Source: the human T2T-CHM13v2.0 reference genome, Homo sapiens. Taken from it: a stretch of 64,000 bases of DNA. Every line of letters starts with the position of its first letter. The stretch's first letter is position 1. Under the pieces are notes generated by a model. The model was not told where the DNA came from. It saw only the letters and a program-made list of their open reading frames with translations, and ran no database searches. A program made the position numbers and the translations under genes. Shown here piece after piece: positions 62,572 to 64,000 of this stretch. Location of the stretch: assembly GCF_009914755.1 (NCBI RefSeq), contig NC_060937.1. One strand, written 5' to 3'.

Positions 62572-63664
62572 GCAGAACTTTCCCACTAATGTCATGTAAT
62601 GTGAGGACACAGTATTGTAAAAAGTTTACTAAGTATTTTAATACAAGAAAATATCAAGCACAGTTTACGATCTGTGTATATTTTGGTGCAGGGCACAGGA
62701 ATATAGGTCCATGAGTTTCTTTGAAGGTAAATAGACCAATAGATATACAATCACAGCATAAATTTACTCATCAACATTCTTTTTTCTTTTTGTTTAGGTC
62801 AAATTATATATTTTGAGTTCCCAGTTAACAGTGTTTACAGATGAGGTTATGATGATGTTATTTGGCTATATCCCAGTGGTATATCAATTGTTGGATTAAA
62901 AAACATTTGATGTGATTTAAATCTAATTCTGAATATACTTTAAGTAAGTTAGCAGCACCAAATAAAACAAAATCTAGTAAACTCATCAGTTGGTAAAGGA
63001 CATGGGATATTGAAGTCTTTCCTTAAATTACACTATTTTTCCTTTTATTCTGAGTTATGATATATACAACACAGAGGTTTTCTATCTTCCTAAACCCTTT
63101 TGGGTAGTTATCTAACCTTTAATAAGCTAAACTTCTGAGTTCAAATTCAGTTTATAAAATGGCATTTTCCAAAGAACAGGAAGAGTCATATTTAGAAAAT
63201 ATAAATGCATCGTCGATGTGTGTATTTGCTATTCACTTTTCTCAATGTTCTTATATCATCCAAAAATATCTTCCTAGGTGCTATAGCCAGACATTTTTTC
63301 CCTTCATATATTAGCAACATATCCCTGTTGGATAAAAATATTCAGTGTTTCTTTCTTCAAAGCACCTTAAAATTCAGCTAGCATTTCATACTTTTTTTTC
63401 ATGCTTGTAAAAAAATATCCAGAGAAAAGTATATTTTGTCCATAAAAATCTGATTATTAAACTTTTGGAACAACCACCACAGAAAACAAAGCCAAAGATT
63501 AGAGGATGGTGGAAATGTGTAAAGAGAGATCCATGAAACTATTCAAATTCTAAATTATATTCAGTTTCTAGTGCAAGTTAAAGAGACTTAATAATGCTCA
63601 ACACTTTGATGTGCTTAAAGAGCTGGACAGGCTCTGCTACTTCAGCAAAATAGAAATGCAGGTA

Positions 63665-64000
63665 TATTCAGCCTTTCATACTCATGGGTTCTGCAAAATG
63701 CAGATTCAAATAATGTAAATCTGCATTTTGTAGAACCCATGGGTATGAACCACAGATCCAAATAATGTAAATCTGCATTTTGAAGTAAGTAATGTAAATC
63801 TGCATTTTGAAGTAAGTAATGTAAATTTGCATTCTGCAGAACCCATGCATATGAACTGTAGATCCAAAATATTTTTTAAAAGGATGGATTGCATCTTTAC
63901 TAAACATGTACAGACTTTTTTTTGTCATTATTCCCTAAGCAACACAATGTAATAATTATTTACATAATATTTAGTATCACAAGTAATCTAGAGATGATTT
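63665..64000 (-). mobile_element. MER2 (Tigger-family MITE) with a rearranged terminus; runs off the window end
   Basis: ACTAAACATGTACAGACTTTTTTTGTCATTATTCCCTAA...AAGTAATCTAGAGATGATTT matches the reverse complement of the recalled MER2 consensus. Confidence 0.85.

Noticed and set aside
63668-63928. ORF with repeated KMQIYITYF peptide
   Set aside because: By-product of 27-bp duplications inside MER2

Overview
This is AT-rich primate DNA, human or great-ape-like judging from the AluY and L1PA2 copies. It is intergenic or deep intronic and dominated by transposable-element fossils. I see no host protein-coding exon, RNA gene, CpG island or prokaryotic-type system. Every long ORF in the track derives from L1, Tigger1, Alu or simple repeats. 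Main elements: a near-full-length ancient L1MB-type LINE (about 1750-7920), a young twin-primed L1PA2-like insertion (8671-11532), a full-length Tigger1 (23600-26006), a twin-primed L1MA (30575-33603), a full-length L1PA6-like element with TSD (34515-40644), and a twin-primed L1PB (50641-55981) containing a nested L1PA and a 1.7 kb palindromic AT-rich minisatellite. There are also about eight Alus, many solo MaLR/ERVL LTRs and MIR/L2 remnants. The most notable signals are mechanistic scars rather than a new gene system. These include an 81-bp identity tract with a shared non-consensus dinucleotide between two L1s 28 kb apart, and near-identical inversion breakpoints in two L1s of very different age. 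Others are a TSD-flanked tailless Alu, a probable micro 3' transduction, an ORF0 homolog with one stop, and template-switch palindromes. Subfamily names come from recalled consensus sequences and need RepeatMasker/Dfam confirmation. Boundaries of old elements are approximate.
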